Shown piece after piece: positions 17,039 through 26,704 of a stretch of 64,000 nucleotides of DNA. Under the pieces are notes generated by a model. It did not search any database. It was not told where the DNA came from and was given only the letters and a program-made list of their open reading frames with translations. Numbering within the stretch: the stretch's first letter is position 1; every line of letters starts with the position of its first letter. This stretch comes from an uncultured beta proteobacterium (GTDB lineage: Bacteria; Pseudomonadota; Gammaproteobacteria; Burkholderiales; SG8-39): assembly GCA_903859155.1 (NCBI GenBank), contig CAIOLO010000107.1:3177-67176 (forward strand), given 5' to 3'. Made by a program: the position numbers and the translations under genes.

Positions 17039-17887
17039 TCAGACCGCGGCAAGGGCTTCAAGTTCGGCGAGCTTGCGATGGCGGAAGGCGCCCCAGATTG
17101 CGGCGCCTATGGCGCCGGCGTAAATCGAGTCGGGGTGGCTCATGGCCTGGATGCCGGTTATTTTTTCGGTGACCAGTTCTTCCTGCAGCGCGGCCAGAAG
17201 GCCGACATCGAGCGCGAGCCCCCCGGTGAGCAGCACGGTGCCCTGGGTGATCCCGGTGACCTTGAGCAGCTTGGCCAGGCGCGATGCCATCGAGAGGTGG
17301 ATTCCCTTCAGGATGTCGGCGGTGGCAATGCCGCGCGAGACCATGTTGATGACGTCGGTCTCGGCCAGCACGGCGCAGATCGAACTCGGCTTTTCGGGAG
17401 TCTGGGAGGTCTTGGACAGCGGGCCGATTTCCTCGATCGCCACGCCCAGGTAGCGCGAAATGTTCTCCAGAAACTGGCCGGATCCCGAGGCGCACTGGCT
17501 GGTCATCTTGGAGGCGAGCACCTTGCCGCGTTCATCGACAAAGATGGCGCGGCCATTGAGCGCGCCGATGTCGACCACCGCCTTGGCCTCGGGGCACAGG
17601 AACACGCCGCCGCGCGCATGCGTGGTCATGGAGTAGAAATGTCCTGTGGCGAATTTGACGTTCTCGCCCTCGCCGGTGGTCGCGGTGTACTGAATATCCT
17701 CCGGTTTGAGCTTCGCTTCCTCCAGAACCTCTTCGTAGCTCGAGCGGGCAAGGTCCATGGCGATCCGCTGGCGGATGCGCTCTACGCGCTTGGCCACCCA
17801 TTCGGTCTTGCCGCCCTCCTGGCGGAACAGTACGGTCTTGACCGCGCCGGAGCCGATGTCGATGCCAATGCTGGTAATTGCGCTCAT
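17039..17887 (-). CDS. bcrD: benzoyl-CoA reductase subunit D (BcrAD/BadFG ATPase family)
   Basis: 282 aa. Has the GIDIGSGAVKTVL actin-like ATPase phosphate-1 motif and CASGSGQFLENI. Its size and position after bcrA fit the delta subunit. Confidence 0.9.
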   Translation of the reverse strand: MSAITSIGIDIGSGAVKTVLFRQEGGKTEWVAKRVERIRQRIAMDLARSSYEEVLEEAKLKPEDIQYTATTGEGENVKFATGHFYSMTTHARGGVFLCPEAKAVVDIGALNGRAIFVDERGKVLASKMTSQCASGSGQFLENISRYLGVAIEEIGPLSKTSQTPEKPSSICAVLAETDVINMVSRGIATADILKGIHLSMASRLAKLLKVTGITQGTVLLTGGLALDVGLLAALQEELVTEKITGIQAMSHPDSIYAGAIGAAIWGAFRHRKLAELEALAAV

Positions 17888-18010
17888 GTCCTCGCCTCCG
17901 ATCGGATGGTTGCTGTTTTAGACACCGAGCTGTCGGCTCGCGAGGCCATTCGCTGCTGTCGCATCCACGCTGCGCGGGGCCCCTGCTTGGCGCTCATGTC
18001 CTCGCCTCCG
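17880..18010 (-). repeat. 21-nt direct repeat pair at the bcrA/bcrD junction enclosing a 37-codon micro-ORF
   Basis: The plus-strand sequence gcgctcatgtcctcgcctccg occurs at 17880-17900 and again at 17990-18010. On the coding strand each copy reads CGGAGGCGAGGACATGAGCGC, i.e. RBS plus ATGA. Confidence 0.85.
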
Positions 18011-19334
18011 CTGTTTTGCCTTCCTCGACCACGGCGCGCCAGGCGAAGGTCGCCCCGCCGAGCGCACCGGTGTAGATCGACTCGGGGTTGATATTGAGGG
18101 TCAGCTCGCCGTAGTTTTCGCGGACGAGATCCTTGAGTGCCTTGACCGCGGCCTCGTTCTTGGCGACGCCGCCGGTGAAGGTGAATTCGTTGCGGATGCC
18201 GCCCGAGCGGGCGAGGATCGACATGGCTCGCAGGATGATGGCGCGGTGCAGTCCGGCCATGATGTCTTCGCGCTTGTCACCCAGCGACAGCCGGTCGCGC
18301 AGTTCGGCGCCGGCAAACACGGTGCAGGTCGAGTTGATGCGCACCGTCTTGGTTGCTTTCATCGCGAGCGGCCCCAGTTCGTGCAGGCCCATGTTCATTT
18401 CATCGGCGATGTAGCCCAGGTAGCGGCCGCAGCCGGCGGCGCAGCGGTCGTTCATCTGAAAGCTCTCGACGATGCCGTGCTTATCAACCTGAATGGCCTT
18501 GGTGTCCTGGCCGCCGATATCGAGAACGGTCGCGGTGCCGGCGTGCATCATATGCGCCCCCAGGCCGTGACACAGAATCTCCGAGCGGATGTGCTCCTTG
18601 GAAAACGGCAGGCGCGCGCGGCCGTAGCCGGTGCCCACGGTGTAGGTCTCCTCCAGCGCCGTGTCCAGAACGCTCTTTATCGGGGCGCGAACCGCGTCGC
18701 CGCGGCTGGCGGTTTCGGGCATCGCCAGGAAAGTGCGATCCAGTGCCGCCAGCAGGTTGGCGCTGATGGCGTCGCCGTACACCCGGTTCTCCACTTCGAT
18801 GATGGAGCGGTCGAATACGTTGACCAGCATGTCGTAGCGCATGCCGGCCTCCTTGGCAACCTGCTCGCCGATGGCAAGGTAGCGGCTGCCGGCGATGTCG
18901 CGAAAGAAGTCGGATTTGCGCTTGGCCCCCGGGGCGAACAGTGCCGGGGCTTCGGCGCGCAGCCGCTTCAATACCTCGGTGAGCGCGGAGGAGACGGCCT
19001 TGCCGGCGTCGCCGAAGCGGCTGCCCTCGGCGTTGCGCTGGCAGGTGGTCTCGAGGTCGGACAGTTGCACCAGGAACTGCTCTAGCCGGAAATCGCGCTC
19101 GAGCTGGGCCAGGAAATCCTCGAGGGCGCCGTTGAGCGCGCCGGAACTGGACAGCGCCTGGCGAAACAGAAAGAAACGCGCGTTGACCAGTGCTTCCTGC
19201 TGGGCGATCTTGGCCGCAGTATCGTAATTCGAGCGCGAATTGGTGATGCCGCGGCCGATGACATTCTGGTTCTCGTCGATAACCACCGCCTTGGTGGTGG
19301 TGGATCCCAGGTCAATCCCTATGAAGCAGCGCAT
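17994..19334 (-). CDS. bcrA: benzoyl-CoA reductase subunit A (BcrAD/BadFG ATPase family)
   Basis: 446 aa. Carries [25 protein letters not shown] and [16 protein letters not shown]. The long insertion between the ATPase motifs is typical of the alpha subunit. Confidence 0.9.
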   Translation of the reverse strand: MRCFIGIDLGSTTTKAVVIDENQNVIGRGITNSRSNYDTAAKIAQQEALVNARFFLFRQALSSSGALNGALEDFLAQLERDFRLEQFLVQLSDLETTCQRNAEGSRFGDAGKAVSSALTEVLKRLRAEAPALFAPGAKRKSDFFRDIAGSRYLAIGEQVAKEAGMRYDMLVNVFDRSIIEVENRVYGDAISANLLAALDRTFLAMPETASRGDAVRAPIKSVLDTALEETYTVGTGYGRARLPFSKEHIRSEILCHGLGAHMMHAGTATVLDIGGQDTKAIQVDKHGIVESFQMNDRCAAGCGRYLGYIADEMNMGLHELGPLAMKATKTVRINSTCTVFAGAELRDRLSLGDKREDIMAGLHRAIILRAMSILARSGGIRNEFTFTGGVAKNEAAVKALKDLVRENYGELTLNINPESIYTGALGGATFAWRAVVEEGKTAEART

Positions 19335-19428
19335 CGAGTCTCCTGTGTCTGTTATTAGACCGGCAACGGGTAAATCTATCGCCGCCTGTTTGAAGCAGCT
19401 TGGCGAGTTTCATGCCAAGCGGTCCTTG

Positions 19429-20763
19429 CTAGTGGCCCGCCGTGACACCGGCCACGGAGCGCTTTTGCTTGATCATCTGGAAGTAGGACTCCAGCCGGTT
19501 CTTGATATTGGCTGCGGAGAAGTAGCGCGGGTCGACCAGGTCGGACTCGATGAATGCAGCGGGTTTGCCGGTGCGCTTTTCGACCTCGCGCAGCATCAGC
19601 AACTGGCCGGCCGAGAAACTGTTGCAGCTTTTGATGGAATTGATCAGCAGGCCGTCCGCCTCATACTCGTCCATGTAGCGGCAGATCATGTCGATGCGCT
19701 GCGGGAAATTCATATTGGTGTAGCAGCCCAGGCAATAGTCTGCGAGCGATTCCAGCGGGTGATCCGGGTCGTGCCGGAAGCCGAAGTCGTACACACCACC
19801 GACCTTGGCATAGGTGCTCGTCACAACGACCGCGCCCTCGTCGTAGAACATCTTCCAGAACTCGCGAAAGCTGGTCCAGTTGGGCGGACCTTCCACCACC
19901 AGGCGGTATTTTTCCTCGGCCATCTCGCCCTCGGGGGTGATCGGACCTTTCTTCTCGCGCACGCGCTGGTCGATCTCCCTGCGCAGCACGTCGTAGTACT
20001 GGGTCGCCTCCGGGGTGCCGCGAAACGCGGTGAAGATCGGCCCGATGTAATACACGGCGCCAAAATAGCCGTCGATGGGCGAGGGCCGGTTCTTGGCCGA
20101 TTGCAGCACACGTACCAGGTCATCCTCGGCCTTGGCCGACTCCTTCATGTACTGGCGCAGCCGGTCGATATCGAACTTCACGCCGGAGACGCGCTCCATG
20201 GTCGGGATCACCGTCTGCTTCAACTGCTTGACGACGTAATCGCGCATGCTTTGCGTGATCTTGCCGTCGCCCTGATAGGGCGTGTGCAGCATGACCGTTT
20301 CGCAATTGTATTTCTGCCGGATCAATTCGAACCACTTCATGAAGGTGAAGCAGCCGGTGTAGGACAAGAGCAGCAGGTCCGGGGTGGGCAATTTCTCGCC
20401 GGTGGGGCCGATCTCGCCGCCCAGCATCATCCCCAGGTCGGCCTTGACATAGGTGCAGACGTCCTCGGAGTGCCCGTCGCGTTCGGCATCCATGATCATC
20501 TTGCCGGATTTCTTGCGCATGCCGTTCTGCAGCGCATTGGTCTCGGGCAGGCTACGGGCAAAATCGAAGCACATCACCAGTTCATTGAGATTGCCGGGAA
20601 CGAAAGTGGCGGCGACTTTCCTGCCGTTCTCGTGAGCGGTGGCGAGCTCGTGATAGTTGCGATTGATCATCTCCTTTTGCAGCAGCATCGCATCCTCTTT
20701 CTGGGCATGCGGCGCGGGCTTCTTGGAGGCTTGCGGCGGCGTCATCTGGACTGGTGTGCTCAT
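19429..20763 (-). CDS. bcrB: benzoyl-CoA reductase subunit B (HgdB/2-hydroxyacyl-CoA dehydratase D-component family)
   Basis: I trimmed the start to the ATG (MSTPVQMTPP), which overlaps the bcrC stop as ATGA. The product is 444 aa and lies between bcrC and bcrA. Confidence 0.85.
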   Translation of the reverse strand: MSTPVQMTPPQASKKPAPHAQKEDAMLLQKEMINRNYHELATAHENGRKVAATFVPGNLNELVMCFDFARSLPETNALQNGMRKKSGKMIMDAERDGHSEDVCTYVKADLGMMLGGEIGPTGEKLPTPDLLLLSYTGCFTFMKWFELIRQKYNCETVMLHTPYQGDGKITQSMRDYVVKQLKQTVIPTMERVSGVKFDIDRLRQYMKESAKAEDDLVRVLQSAKNRPSPIDGYFGAVYYIGPIFTAFRGTPEATQYYDVLRREIDQRVREKKGPITPEGEMAEEKYRLVVEGPPNWTSFREFWKMFYDEGAVVVTSTYAKVGGVYDFGFRHDPDHPLESLADYCLGCYTNMNFPQRIDMICRYMDEYEADGLLINSIKSCNSFSAGQLLMLREVEKRTGKPAAFIESDLVDPRYFSAANIKNRLESYFQMIKQKRSVAGVTAGH

Positions 20764-21929
20764 GCGGCGCTCCATAGCTTGATTGAGTCGGCAAAGGTGC
20801 CGGCCTGTTCCCGGATCGGCGCCATCTGGCCGGTGTTTTCGGCGTACTTGAAGGCGGTGTAGGGAATCTTTTGCTTGGACAGCACGTCCTGCAGCATGGG
20901 CCGCTCGAGCAGCGCCGGGTCGCAGAATGAGGGAGCGGCAAAGATCACGCCTTCGGCGCCGTAGAACTTGACCGAATGCACCAGAAGCTTGCCCTTGTCC
21001 TCTTTTTTCTCGTCGTACTTGGAGGCCTGCTGGTTGGAGCGGTGCAGGAACGCCTTGGACAGCTCCTCCAGCGGGTCGCCGGTGACCGGCACTTCGTCGA
21101 GGAGCCAGCGGTGTATCAGTCCGAAATCATCATCCACGACATAACAGCCGGACATCTCGATCGACTTTATCAAGCCCAGCGGCGGTTGCTCGCAGAACGA
21201 GCCGGTGAGCACGACGCGGGCGTTGTCGCGCTTGGGGCGGTTCTCCAGGTCCACGGCGGCGATGTAATCGCGCACCAGTTGCGTGTGTTCTTGCGGAGGC
21301 AGGATCATTCCCGCGCGAATCACCAGATAGACCTCGGAGGTCGGTGCCTGCCAGGGCTTGCGGGCGCGATAGGCATAGAGCTCCTGCACCGCGCGGCGGT
21401 TATCGTTGTAGACAGCGATTGAAGCGCGCAGCGCATCGTCGCTGATCGGTTTGCCGGCCAGCCGTCCCAGATCCTCGCGCAGCACCTGCATCTCTTGGAT
21501 GTAGAACTCGCCGCCCACCGAATCCAGGTAGTTCTGCGGCACGTCGATGTAGCGCACGTACTTGTCTTTGAACAAAATCTGCCACATGCCCGACAGATTG
21601 CGAATGACGTCGCAAAGCGAGGGGAACAGCATGCCGTCGAGGCAGTCCAGGCGTCCGGTGAGGCCCATCTCCAGGGTCGAGCGCGGGATGCGGCAGATGT
21701 AGCTCTGGTAGTAGGCATCGCCCTGAATGACTTCGAGCTGGTCGCCTCCGCCGAAAATTCCCACCGGCAGCATGCCCGCGGCATGGACGATTTCGCGCGG
21801 CACGTATACCGGCATGTAGCCGATTGCCTTGCGCCCGGGCTCGGCCGCCTTCCACTGCTTGACCGCATTGAAGTGCAGGTCCTCAAAAAGGGCCTGGCAG
21901 CGCTCCATAATCTGCTGAACAGTCGTCAT
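20760..21929 (-). CDS. bcrC: benzoyl-CoA reductase subunit C (HgdA/2-hydroxyacyl-CoA dehydratase D-component family)
   Basis: I trimmed the start to the ATG (MTTVQQIMERCQALFEDLHFNAVKQWK) of ORF 20760..21998, whose first codon is TTG. The product is 389 aa and is the first gene of the bcrCBAD order. Confidence 0.85.
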   Translation of the reverse strand: MTTVQQIMERCQALFEDLHFNAVKQWKAAEPGRKAIGYMPVYVPREIVHAAGMLPVGIFGGGDQLEVIQGDAYYQSYICRIPRSTLEMGLTGRLDCLDGMLFPSLCDVIRNLSGMWQILFKDKYVRYIDVPQNYLDSVGGEFYIQEMQVLREDLGRLAGKPISDDALRASIAVYNDNRRAVQELYAYRARKPWQAPTSEVYLVIRAGMILPPQEHTQLVRDYIAAVDLENRPKRDNARVVLTGSFCEQPPLGLIKSIEMSGCYVVDDDFGLIHRWLLDEVPVTGDPLEELSKAFLHRSNQQASKYDEKKEDKGKLLVHSVKFYGAEGVIFAAPSFCDPALLERPMLQDVLSKQKIPYTAFKYAENTGQMAPIREQAGTFADSIKLWSAA

Positions 21930-22002
21930 GTCCTGGATCCCCCATTTTTGCGCCGGAATACTCCATCTCCCTGAATGGGAGGGGGCAATTTCGTGCAATT
22001 CC

Positions 22003-22773
22003 TTACCGGTGCTCCCACTTCGGCTCCCGCTTGGCGATGAACGCCTCGAGTCCCTCGTTCGCGTCGCGGGTTTTCATCAGTCGATCGAGATACAGCTTTT
22101 CGACTTCTGCAATTCTTTGCTTCATCCGCGGCAGATATGCGCCGCGCGCGGCGCTCACCGCGCAGGCTAGCGATGCGGCGCTTTTTCTGGCGAAATGGCG
22201 ATCAAAATATTCGAGAGCCGTTGCCACAGGATCAGCGCTGACGCTTGTCGCAAGGCCCAGCGCCTTTGCTTCGGTAGCGTCGATCGAGCGTCCCGAGAAC
22301 AACAGGTCCTCGGCCGCGGCCTGCCCGATACGCTCTGGCAGCAGACAAGAGGCGGCGGGCGCGAACACGCCCAGTTGTATTTCCGGTTGTCCGAATTTGG
22401 CGTCGTCAGCGGCGAAGATCAGGCTGCCCGCCATGGCGAGTTCAAGTCCGCCGCCCAGGCACTGGCCGCGCACCGCGACCAGAATCGGGGTCGGCCATTC
22501 GATCATGTCCAGTATCAACGCGTGCAGGCCGGCGAGCATCCGGGCGCAGCGCTCGGCGAGGTGCTCCTCGACGCTCGCGCCAAAAGAAAAATGAGGTCCT
22601 TCGGCATCGAGGAGCACCGCCAATATGCCGGTGTTCCCGCGGTGCGCGCGCAGCGCCTCATCGAGCGCCGCGATCATCGCCGCATCGATGAGGTTTGCCT
22701 TGGGCCGGGCGAGCGAGAGGCGCAAAAGCGCCCCGTCGCGATCGAGCCGTGCCTTGAGCGGTGAATCGCTCAC
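22003..22773 (-). CDS. dch: cyclohexa-1,5-diene-1-carbonyl-CoA hydratase-like crotonase
   Basis: 256 aa of the crotonase family (HFSFGASVEEH, RGQCLGGGLELAMAGSL). The assignment rests on its position between oah and bcrC plus family membership. Confidence 0.7.
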   Translation of the reverse strand: MSDSPLKARLDRDGALLRLSLARPKANLIDAAMIAALDEALRAHRGNTGILAVLLDAEGPHFSFGASVEEHLAERCARMLAGLHALILDMIEWPTPILVAVRGQCLGGGLELAMAGSLIFAADDAKFGQPEIQLGVFAPAASCLLPERIGQAAAEDLLFSGRSIDATEAKALGLATSVSADPVATALEYFDRHFARKSAASLACAVSAARGAYLPRMKQRIAEVEKLYLDRLMKTRDANEGLEAFIAKREPKWEHR

Positions 22774-23894
22774 GCAGCCCCTTTCTTTTTGCCGGGCTGA
22801 ATGCGTTCGGTGAGCGCGTCCGACCAGCCTTCGCCATTGGCGATCGCCTGGCGCAAGGCGATGAAGTCGATCTCGCGGTCCTCCTTGGTGCCCTCGTTGA
22901 AGGCGCGAAAGCCCGCGCGGCCCTCGGTCATCATGTTGTTCGCCAGCCAGGCGCGATGGCTTTCCTTGTTGCGGTTCCAGGCCTCGAGCTTCGGCTTCCT
23001 CAATTCTTCGATGGTCTTGGTGGTGCAGTCGGGGAAGGTCAGCAGAAGCTTGGCGCAGATTTCCTCTACTTTGGCGTCGAGCATGGACAGGTCGATGCTG
23101 CCTTTTGCCAGCAGTGCCTTGCCTTCTTTGGCGGCGTCTCCGGTCTTGAAATCACCAAATACGATGCGGCCGAATTCGTCGGCGTAGCGCTGTGTTTCCA
23201 CCAGGGGGTTGGCGATGAACTTGCCGTCCACCTTCAGGGCCGGGACGATCTCCGCCAGCATGCCCCAGTGGTACGCCTTGTGCGCCGAGAAGGGTTCGCA
23301 CATCACGCAGGCGACCATGGCGCGCTCCGCACCCATGACGGGCGGCAGAAAATCGGTCGCCCCGCCGATTGGCGCCGATCCGTGTTTCGGGCCGGCCTGG
23401 CCGAAACGCGCCAGATCCTGCGCAACGGAAAAATCGCAGGCAAGGCCGATTTCCTGTCCGCCGCCGACGCGTATGCCGTTGATCCGGCAAATCACCGGTT
23501 TGTCGCAGGCGAGGATGGTGGAAACCATGTCGTTGAACAGGCGCATGTACTGGCGGTATTCCTGCGGACGGCCGGCGTAATACTCGGCGTATTCCTTGGT
23601 GTTGCCGCCGGTGCAGAAAGCCTTGTCGCCGACCGCGGTGAATACCACGCAGCTGACGTCGCGCGCGTTCGACGCGGTGCGGAAGGCCATGATCACGCCT
23701 TTGACCATTGCGGTGGTGTAGGAGTTGAACTGCGACGGGTTGTCGAGCCAGATCCAGGCATTGAAAAGACCTGGCACAATCTTGCCGTCGGGCGTCTTCG
23801 CCGGGCGCTTCTCGTAGCGCACGCCGGGCACTGCGTACCCGTCGGCAATATCGTGGCTGTGCAGGGCTGCAGGTGTCGTTGCTGGCGCGTTCAT
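22770..23894 (-). CDS. oah: 6-oxocyclohex-1-ene-1-carbonyl-CoA hydrolase (ring-cleaving, Oah/BamA type)
   Basis: 374 aa, an extended crotonase (FTAVGDKAFCTGGNTKEY, INGIRVGGGQEIGLACDF). Its length and motifs are those of BamA/Oah rather than ordinary 260-aa hydratases. It overlaps the dch start by 4 nt. Confidence 0.75.
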   Translation of the reverse strand: MNAPATTPAALHSHDIADGYAVPGVRYEKRPAKTPDGKIVPGLFNAWIWLDNPSQFNSYTTAMVKGVIMAFRTASNARDVSCVVFTAVGDKAFCTGGNTKEYAEYYAGRPQEYRQYMRLFNDMVSTILACDKPVICRINGIRVGGGQEIGLACDFSVAQDLARFGQAGPKHGSAPIGGATDFLPPVMGAERAMVACVMCEPFSAHKAYHWGMLAEIVPALKVDGKFIANPLVETQRYADEFGRIVFGDFKTGDAAKEGKALLAKGSIDLSMLDAKVEEICAKLLLTFPDCTTKTIEELRKPKLEAWNRNKESHRAWLANNMMTEGRAGFRAFNEGTKEDREIDFIALRQAIANGEGWSDALTERIQPGKKKGAA

Positions 23895-24125
23895 GAAATC
23901 TTCCTTTCCAATTGGTTCTTGCGGTTGGGCTGTTTTGGCCCTTGACGATTATTGATTATTTAGTTAAAGTGGTATTATAGTACTATGATGCGATAATAGC
24001 TGTCAACAGCTTTTGCCGTTCGATGTGTCGTTAGGTGTTTTACGGTGACGGCTTTGCGCCAGGCGGAGTCTGGCGTTTTCTCCGTCCTTGAATTTGATGC
24101 AACGCAAGCGTTGGGAGGTTCACAG
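23895..24125. promoter_or_regulatory. divergent oah / korA promoter region
   Basis: An AT-rich stretch in a GC-rich genome. It contains TTGACG (about 23942), TTGATT...TATTAT candidates, the 10-nt palindrome ATAGTACTAT, and GGGAGG 7 nt before the korA GTG. Confidence 0.4.
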
Positions 24126-25868
24126 GTGCATGACAAAGTAAAAGCGCAGGGCGGGCGCGGCGTCTCGATTGCGCTCGCGGGAAGCGGCGGGGCCGGGGTG
24201 ATGACCGCGGGAAACATGCTGCTTAAAGCCGCGGCGCAGGCGGGCTGGTACGGACTGATGGTGCGCACCAGCGGCCCGCAGATACGCGGTGGCGAGGCCG
24301 CCGCGCTGCTGAGGATTTCCGCGGAACCGGTCGAATGTCTCGATGACCGATTCGACCTGGTGATTGCGATTGATTGGCAGAATATCCATCGTTTTGCCGA
24401 CGAACTTCCACTGGATGCGGGCAGCCTCATGGTCGGCGATCCCGATCAGGGCAACCCGCCCGAAGTGCTGACCCAGCGCGGCACGCGACTGGCGCAGGTC
24501 CCGATAAAGAAAATGGCCAAGGCCATCCCGGGCAGCTGGCCCAACATGATCATGCTCGGGATTGCAGCCGCCCTTGTGGGTTTGCCACTGGATGCGGTGA
24601 AATCCGTCGTAGAAGCGGCTTACGGGAAAAAGAAAAAGGAATTGCTCACGCCAAATCTGGCCGCCGTGGAAGCCGGTTTCGCCTCGGCACAAACGTTACC
24701 GGCGGTGCCGCAATTAGCCGCTGTCGAACCGACCCAAACACCCCGGTGGCTACTTACCGGCAACCAGGCCGCGGGCTACGGCGCGTTGCGCGGCGGAGTG
24801 CGATTTGTCGCCGGTTATCCGATCACGCCGGCGACCGAAGTCCTCGAATGGCTGTCGCCCGCGCTGACGAAGGTCGGGGGCACGCTGCTTCAGGCGGAGG
24901 ACGAACTCGCTTCGATCAACATGATCATTGGCGCCTCCTTCGGTGGTGTGCCCTCACTCACCGTCACCGCCGGGCCGGGCCTGGCGCTGATGGCAGAGGC
25001 GCTCGGGCTTGCGGTTGCCGCGGAAGTGCCGGTGGTAGTGCTCGACGTGATGCGAGGCGGCCCTTCGACGGGCATACCGGCCAAAAGCGAGCAAAGTGAT
25101 GTCAGCATTGCGCTTTTCGGCCTGCACGGAGATGCGCCGCATCTGGTCATTGCACCTAACTCCATTGCAGATTGTCTCGGGGCAACGCAGTGGGCGGTGC
25201 ACCTGGCAGAGGCAATGCAGTCGCCCGCGATCGTGCTCTCGGACCAGTTTTTCGGCCAGACGCAAGCGGTGGTCGACCGTCCCGCAGACATGCATTTCAT
25301 CGGCGAACGGGCGAAAGCCTCCGCCCCGACCGAAGCTTACAAGCGTTATGCGTTGACCGAATCCGGAGTCTCTCCGATGTCAATTCCGGGCACGCCCGGG
25401 GGGGCTTACACGGCCGATGGCCTAACCCACAACGAGCGCGGCGTTCCGTCGAGCCAGGCCGCCGATCATCTGGCTCAACTGGATAAACGTGAACGCAAGC
25501 TCCTGCGCCACGACTATGGCGACTACTGGGCTGAAATAGACGGCCAGGGAGAAATCGCGGTGATTACTTTCGGCTCCTGCACCGGTCCGGTTCGCGATGC
25601 GCTGGCGCGCGCGGCGGCCGACGGGATCAAGGTGCGGCTGGTGTCGATGCGATTGCTTGCGCCAGCGCAGCCGGAGCGGCTCTCGGAGGCATTGCGAGGG
25701 GTTAAGAAAGTGTTGGTGGTCGAGCAGAACCACAGCGGGCAGTTCCACCGATATCTGCGCGCCGACTTTGACCTGCCGGGCGAAGTGCGCAGCCTGCGTC
25801 ATCCCGGTCCTCTGCCCATCCATGCCGAAGAGATCTACCGAAAAATCACCGAATGGAGTCTCATGTGA
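24126..25868 (+). CDS. korA: 2-oxoglutarate:ferredoxin oxidoreductase alpha subunit
   Basis: I trimmed the start to the GTG behind GGGAGG, inside ORF 24045..25868. Carries SIALAGSGGAGVMTAG and YPITPATEVLEW, the typical KorA/OFOR alpha-gamma domain pattern. Confidence 0.85.
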   Translation: MHDKVKAQGGRGVSIALAGSGGAGVMTAGNMLLKAAAQAGWYGLMVRTSGPQIRGGEAAALLRISAEPVECLDDRFDLVIAIDWQNIHRFADELPLDAGSLMVGDPDQGNPPEVLTQRGTRLAQVPIKKMAKAIPGSWPNMIMLGIAAALVGLPLDAVKSVVEAAYGKKKKELLTPNLAAVEAGFASAQTLPAVPQLAAVEPTQTPRWLLTGNQAAGYGALRGGVRFVAGYPITPATEVLEWLSPALTKVGGTLLQAEDELASINMIIGASFGGVPSLTVTAGPGLALMAEALGLAVAAEVPVVVLDVMRGGPSTGIPAKSEQSDVSIALFGLHGDAPHLVIAPNSIADCLGATQWAVHLAEAMQSPAIVLSDQFFGQTQAVVDRPADMHFIGERAKASAPTEAYKRYALTESGVSPMSIPGTPGGAYTADGLTHNERGVPSSQAADHLAQLDKRERKLLRHDYGDYWAEIDGQGEIAVITFGSCTGPVRDALARAAADGIKVRLVSMRLLAPAQPERLSEALRGVKKVLVVEQNHSGQFHRYLRADFDLPGEVRSLRHPGPLPIHAEEIYRKITEWSLM

Positions 25869-26704
25869 GTACCGCCAGCGTTGCAGCCGCGCCGATTACG
25901 GCGGCGGCGTTCAAGTCAGCATACAAGCCGATCTGGTGCCCGGGTTGCGGAGACTACTCGGTACTCTCGTCGATTACCAAGGCGTTCGCGATGCTCGATC
26001 TGAGGCCCGAGAACGTAGCCGTGGTCTCCGGCATCGGCTGTTCCTCGCGCATTCCGGCCTACACAACCTGCTACGGTTTCCACGGTGTGCACGGTCGCGC
26101 GCTCGCCGCTGGTACCGGACTCAAGGTGGCGCGCCCCGATCTCACCGTGCTGGTCGCAGGTGGCGACGGCGATGGCTACTCGATCGGCGGCAACCATTTC
26201 CTGCATGCCTGCCGCCGCAACGTGGATCTGACCTACATCGTCATGGACAATCATGTCTATGGCATGACCAAGGGTCAGCCTTCTCCCACCACCGAGCCCG
26301 ATTGGGAATCCAAACTTTCGCCGGGCGGAACCGGGCTGCGCACTTTCCATCCACTGGTCGTCGCGCTGGCCTCCGGCGCGAATTTCATCGCGCGCACATT
26401 TGCCGGTGACCCCAACGGGACCGCGCAGATCATCGCCGATGCGATTCGCACGCCGGGATTTTCTTTTGTCGAAATTCTCAGTCCGTGCGTCACCCTGCGT
26501 CCCGAACAGCGCGGCTGGAAAGAACAGGCGCACCCGGCTTCGGTGGCCACCACATCCGATCCGGCAAAGGCAGCGCGGTACCTCATGACCGACGATGGAT
26601 TCAATATTGGCGTGCTCTACAAGGGCAACCGCAAGCCCTATCAGCCTCCCATGGGCAAGGGCACTAAACGAGTGGCAGACCTGGAAGCGGAGTTTTCAAT
26701 ATGA
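25853..26704 (+). CDS. korB: 2-oxoglutarate:ferredoxin oxidoreductase beta (TPP-binding) subunit
   Basis: 283 aa. Carries WCPGCGDY and the GDGDGYSIGGNH TPP motif. An alternative GTG start at 25865 overlaps the korA stop. Confidence 0.85.
   Translation: MESHVSTASVAAAPITAAAFKSAYKPIWCPGCGDYSVLSSITKAFAMLDLRPENVAVVSGIGCSSRIPAYTTCYGFHGVHGRALAAGTGLKVARPDLTVLVAGGDGDGYSIGGNHFLHACRRNVDLTYIVMDNHVYGMTKGQPSPTTEPDWESKLSPGGTGLRTFHPLVVALASGANFIARTFAGDPNGTAQIIADAIRTPGFSFVEILSPCVTLRPEQRGWKEQAHPASVATTSDPAKAARYLMTDDGFNIGVLYKGNRKPYQPPMGKGTKRVADLEAEFSI

Noticed and set aside
19240-20862. A 540-aa plus-strand ORF overlapping bcrB.
   Set aside because: It lies antisense to a gene with clear operon context (bcrC-bcrB ATGA coupling). 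The product is low-complexity and I recognised no motifs.
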